NCBI GenBank assembly: GCA_021827745.1
Contig: JAKAUI010000058.1
Coordinates: forward strand, 10,249 to 74,248
Direction: 5' to 3'
Length of the DNA stretch: 64,000 nucleotides
Origin: Bacillota bacterium
GTDB lineage: Bacteria > Bacillota > Sulfobacillia > JAJZYS01 > JAJZLH01
Positions 60,570 to 64,000 of the stretch are shown piece by piece (the first letter of the stretch is position 1; the number at the start of each line of letters is the position of its first letter). Below the pieces are notes generated by a model. The model saw only the letters and a program-made list of their open reading frames with translations, made no database searches and was not told the origin of the DNA. The position numbers and the translations under genes were made by a program.

Positions 60570-60786
60570 CGGCGGGTGACCGTGCGGGGGCTGGCACTAG
60601 GGAAGACGACCACCGGAGCGAAGCATGGAGAGATTGCTGATCCGGGGAGGGATGTCCCCTGAGGGGGGGAGCGACCGTCCCAGGTGGTCGGCGCCGCAGT
60701 AGGCGGGCAGGGGATCGCCCGGTCGTCCTGGGTGTGGGCGGACTGGGTCATCGATCGAGTGGTCCTTGATGTGCACGGCACTGCGA

Positions 60787-60945
60787 CCGGAGGTCCCTGA
60801 GGACGCGGGCCGGTCCGGCGGAGGGTCTCTCGGCGGTCTCTGATCGATCCTTTCGCGTTCGGCAGTCGTGGGCCCCGCGACTCGATCGATCAGGTCCGCT
60901 CGCCGAGAGCGCAGTCGGTCAGACGGATGCTCAAGGGACCTCTGG
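60787..60945. other. Long imperfect intergenic inverted repeat (rod-like hairpin)
   Basis: Nested stems 60787-97/60935-45, 60798-801/60930-33, 60827-35/60901-09, 60840-49/60884-93, 60853-57/60876-80. Confidence 0.6.
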
Positions 60946-61039
60946 CACGGCCGGTGGCAAGGCCAACGGCACCCGCACGGGGCACGCAGCGGTGTGTGCG
61001 AGCAAGACCTGACGAATGGGGCGATGAGGAGGACGCGGC

Positions 61040-61462
61040 ATGAAGCCCCGTATTACGGTCGTGACACTCGGTGTGGATGATCTGGAGCGCTCGCTCGCAT
61101 TCTATCGGGATGGGCTGGGCTTTTCCACGCCCGGTGTCGTCGGCACCGAGTTCGAGCACGGTGCGGTGGCGTTCTTCGAACTTGAAGGCGGCCTGCAGCT
61201 CGCCATCTTCAAACGGCAGGACATCGCTCACGATGCTCAGATTGCGCATGCAGGACCGAGCGCCGTCGAGTTCACCCTGGGGCACAACGTGAGGTCCAAG
61301 GCCGAGGTGGACGCGGTCATGGCGCAAGCCCAGCGGGCGGAAGCGACGATCACGGTGCCGGCGCACGATACATTCTGGGGCGGATACGCCGGCTACTTCC
61401 AGGATCCAGACGGCCACCTGTGGGAGGTGGCCTGGAATCCGCACTGGGACCTCCCGGACTGA
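61040..61462 (+). CDS. VOC/glyoxalase family protein
   Basis: TLGVDDLERSLAFYRDGLG...FWGGYAGYFQDPDGHLWEVA. Confidence 0.9.
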   Translation: MKPRITVVTLGVDDLERSLAFYRDGLGFSTPGVVGTEFEHGAVAFFELEGGLQLAIFKRQDIAHDAQIAHAGPSAVEFTLGHNVRSKAEVDAVMAQAQRAEATITVPAHDTFWGGYAGYFQDPDGHLWEVAWNPHWDLPD

Positions 61463-61601
61463 AGCTGCACCTGCAAAGCAGAGGGTCCGGCGGCGGTCTC
61501 GCTGGCGAGCGCCAGTCCTGCCGCTCGGACCGAGCGGCAACGAGCCCCTGGGGTAGGAGGGCAGACGGGATCACGAACCGCCCGAGATCGAAGAGGGAGG
61601 C

Positions 61602-62141
61602 ATGAGCGTGGAAGACGGCAAGGCGTTCCTAGCGGAGTCCGAGGTCTCGTGGCGGCAGATCACGTCGCCGACGGGCTACTGTGAGAACTGGGTCCGAAAC
61701 CTGTCGAGTGCCTTCAGCGCCCAGGTCAAGAAGCAGTTCTCCATCGAGTGGAGCGAGCTTCCGGGGGCCGCGCTGAGAGAGCGGCCCTTTGAGGTGGACA
61801 TGCTCCGGGTGCCTCCAGGCAAGCGGGCCTGGCCCCGGCACTACCACAGCGTGCAGTGGGAGTACTACATCGTGCTCTCCGGCGAGGGCGAGATGCTACA
61901 GGCCGACGGAGAGCCGCCGATTCCGATGGCACCTGGCATGCACATCCTCCAGCCGCCCGGCTGGATCCACACCATGGTCAACACCGGCGACGAAGACCTC
62001 GTCTACTACGTGATCGCCGACAACCACGACGACGAGCACTGCTACTACCCGGACTCCAACAAGTGGGGAGCCGGCAACATGGTGTTTCGGCCGCACGAGG
62101 TCGACTATTGGGATGGCGAGGACGGCCCTGGGCCGGCCTAG
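61602..62141 (+). CDS. Cupin-domain protein
   Basis: PRHYHSVQWEYYIVLSGEG...PPGWIHTMVNTG...YYPDSNK. Confidence 0.82.
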   Translation: MSVEDGKAFLAESEVSWRQITSPTGYCENWVRNLSSAFSAQVKKQFSIEWSELPGAALRERPFEVDMLRVPPGKRAWPRHYHSVQWEYYIVLSGEGEMLQADGEPPIPMAPGMHILQPPGWIHTMVNTGDEDLVYYVIADNHDDEHCYYPDSNKWGAGNMVFRPHEVDYWDGEDGPGPA

Positions 62142-62180
62142 GCCAGGTGCGGACCCAATCGGGTGAGAGGGGCTGAGCGC

Positions 62181-62774
62181 ATGCCGTCCACAGTTGCGCC
62201 GTACAGGGTGGCGCCGCTTGACGTCGAGACCTGGCCGGCCTTCAGCCGCCTCGTGGAGAAGCATCATGGGGTATGGAACGGCTGCTGGTGCACCTGGTTT
62301 CACCGCACCGTGGGGGCCGCGGACAAAGATCGCACCTACGAGACAAACCGCGCCCACAAGGAACGGCTGGTGGAGGCTGGGAAGGCCCATGCCGCCCTCG
62401 TCTTCGACGGCGACAATGCCGTGGCGTGGTGTCAGTACGGAGCCCCTGAGGAGCTCCCGAACATCTACCACCGAAAGCAGTACCTGGCCGAACAGACGAC
62501 AGCGCCCGACTGGCGCATCACCTGCTTCTTCGTCGACCGCGACTACCGGAGAAAAGGCGTCGCCGCCGCCGCCTTAAGAGGCGCCCTGGAACTGATCGCA
62601 CGCTCCGGCGGCGGCGTGGTGGAGGCATACCCGCACGATCTAGAGGGCAAGAAGATCTCGGGATCCTTCCTCTACAGCGGCACCCGCACGTTCTTCGAGA
62701 AGGCCGGCTTCACCTACGACCGGCCGAAGGGACAGGGCAACTGCGTCATGCGCAGGGAGGTCGCTCCCAGCTAG
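62181..62774 (+). CDS. GNAT-family acetyltransferase
   Basis: GCWCTWF, AWCQYG, ITCFFVDRDYRRKGVA, VEAYP, FEKAGF. Confidence 0.85.
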   Translation: MPSTVAPYRVAPLDVETWPAFSRLVEKHHGVWNGCWCTWFHRTVGAADKDRTYETNRAHKERLVEAGKAHAALVFDGDNAVAWCQYGAPEELPNIYHRKQYLAEQTTAPDWRITCFFVDRDYRRKGVAAAALRGALELIARSGGGVVEAYPHDLEGKKISGSFLYSGTRTFFEKAGFTYDRPKGQGNCVMRREVAPS

Positions 62775-62858
62775 GAGAGAAGCGAGCGGTTCCTACGGTC
62801 AGGTAAGCCGGGACGGGGCCGCCTCCGAGCGGCCGAGGCGCCTGATGCTGGGACGGCC

Positions 62859-63245
62859 TCAGGCCTTGGAGGCATTCAGGGACGACGCACTGCGAATCAG
62901 GGCACAAAATGCCTGCGCATCGATCGGGTCGCTCTCGTGGAAGTCAATCGCCCGCCTGGTGCTGCCCGTAAGACTAGAGTTGAAGAGGCCAGCGGGGTCC
63001 TGCAACGCCGCCCCCTTGAAGAAGGTGAGTTTGACCACCTTCTGATAGGTTTCGCCGGTGCAGAGGATGCCGTGGTGCGACCAGACCGGAACGCCGCGCC
63101 ACTTCCACTCCTCCACAACTTCGGGATCGGCCTCCTGGATCAAGGCGCGCACCCGTGCGAGCAGGGCGCCGCGCCAGTCGCCCAGGTCCTTGATCCGTTG
63201 GTCGATCAGTTGCGAAGGGCTCTGATCGGAGTCAGACACACCCAT
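62859..63245 (-). CDS. DUF1801 (YdhG-like) protein
   Basis: EEWKWRGVPVW..HG, VKLTFFKGA.L.DP.GLFN. Confidence 0.82.
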   Translation of the reverse strand: MGVSDSDQSPSQLIDQRIKDLGDWRGALLARVRALIQEADPEVVEEWKWRGVPVWSHHGILCTGETYQKVVKLTFFKGAALQDPAGLFNSSLTGSTRRAIDFHESDPIDAQAFCALIRSASSLNASKA

Positions 63246-63466
63246 GCCTCCCTACGTTCCCGCTCTTGATCCGTGTCACGGTCCACCCTGTCGATTCGCA
63301 CCACCCTCGCCGGAACCTCTCAGCCTCGAGCTGACCTGGGGCAACACGGTAGGCAACGGCGGCCAAGGGTTCGCAGGCGGCTCATCGAATCGAAAGATGA
63401 CCCACCGTTCGTTGCCAAGGCAAGGAGCGGTGACACCACGCCGGACGGGCGAGGAGGGCAGATTCG

Positions 63467-64000
63467 GTGCGCGGCCCAGACCGCCCCCTTGTGATCAGCC
63501 GCCAGGCCGCGCAGAGACTTGCGATTGCATCTCAGCGCCTCAGTTCGCCGCGTCCCAGAGCCGATGCGGCGACCGTAATGTCTTTGTTGCGGGCGCTGCG
63601 CTACGTGCAGCTGGATCCGGTCAGCGTGGTGGCGCCGAGCCATGAGATCGTACTGTGGAGCCGACTCGGGATGGGGGCCAATGCCGTGATCGACGACCTG
63701 CTGAGCCGTCAGCGGCAGCTGTTCGAATATTCGCTCGCCGCCGCAGCCATCGTCCTGACCGAGGACTGGCCGATGTACCGAGCCTTCATGGATGCCTATC
63801 CCACCTATCCGGAGATGTCGACCTGGGTTGGCGCCAACCATGCGCTGCACCAGCACATTCTGGATCGCCTGGCTGCTCGTGGTCCGCTGCCCACCAGCGG
63901 CTTTCAGGACGTCGCGGTCGTGCCCTGGAAGTCGAGCGGATGGACGGCTGGCCGAAACGTCGAGCGCATGCTCCAGTTCCTGTGGCTGCGCGGCACCGTG
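63467..64000 (+). CDS. YcaQ/AlkZ-like (HTH_42) crosslink-repair DNA glycosylase, 3' end outside window
   Basis: Not in the ORF track. Manual translation from GTG after GAGGAGG: ...LRYVQLDPVSVVAPSHEIVLWSRLG...RQLFEY...GPL (QxD motif); open to the window end. Confidence 0.82.
   Translation, partial: MRGPDRPLVISRQAAQRLAIASQRLSSPRPRADAATVMSLLRALRYVQLDPVSVVAPSHEIVLWSRLGMGANAVIDDLLSRQRQLFEYSLAAAAIVLTEDWPMYRAFMDAYPTYPEMSTWVGANHALHQHILDRLAARGPLPTSGFQDVAVVPWKSSGWTAGRNVERMLQFLWLRGTV

Noticed and set aside
60700-60800. Transposase remnant (reads ...RVVLDVHG...)
   Set aside because: The match is too short to support.
63312-63340. GGAACC upstream of the ycaQ-like gene as another array-type promoter
   Set aside because: No GACTCT-like box at the 16-nt spacing.
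39600-64000. Integrative element bounded by tRNA-Val
   Set aside because: I found no integrase and no repeat of the tRNA 3' end in the window; kept only as a hypothesis.

Overview
High-GC bacterial chromosome segment. The gene order (phoH-HD-ybeY-dgkA-recO-T-box-glyQS-PSRP-ppdK-dgt-dnaG-sigA), a T-box riboswitch and an SLH-domain protein point to a Bacillota-related organism (inference). There are four blocks. (1) 1-15.1 kb: a tandem array of at least 8 paralogous minus-strand lipoprotein genes, each with a lipobox, an Ig-like domain and Vgb-like beta-propeller repeats. Six of the seven complete copies have nine repeats, several carry Cys-pair variable loops, segments are shared in mosaic fashion between copies, and each gene has its own ECF-sigma-like GGAACC-N16-GACTCT motif (degenerate in one). 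This array is the best candidate for an undescribed system. (2) 15.3-37 kb: mostly housekeeping genes, plus an isobutyryl-CoA-mutase-type large subunit and an XRE/RelE pair. (3) 37.5-56 kb: a VapBC-type module, three tRNAs, a TacAT-type module and a 16-gene LacI-associated catabolic cluster of unknown substrate with two near-identical operators; the regulator appears to start at ACG. (4) 56-64 kb: WYL regulator, heterodimeric ABC exporter, a long intergenic rod-like hairpin, small detox-type genes and a truncated YcaQ/AlkZ-like glycosylase. All calls were made by eye from motifs; no database search was run.
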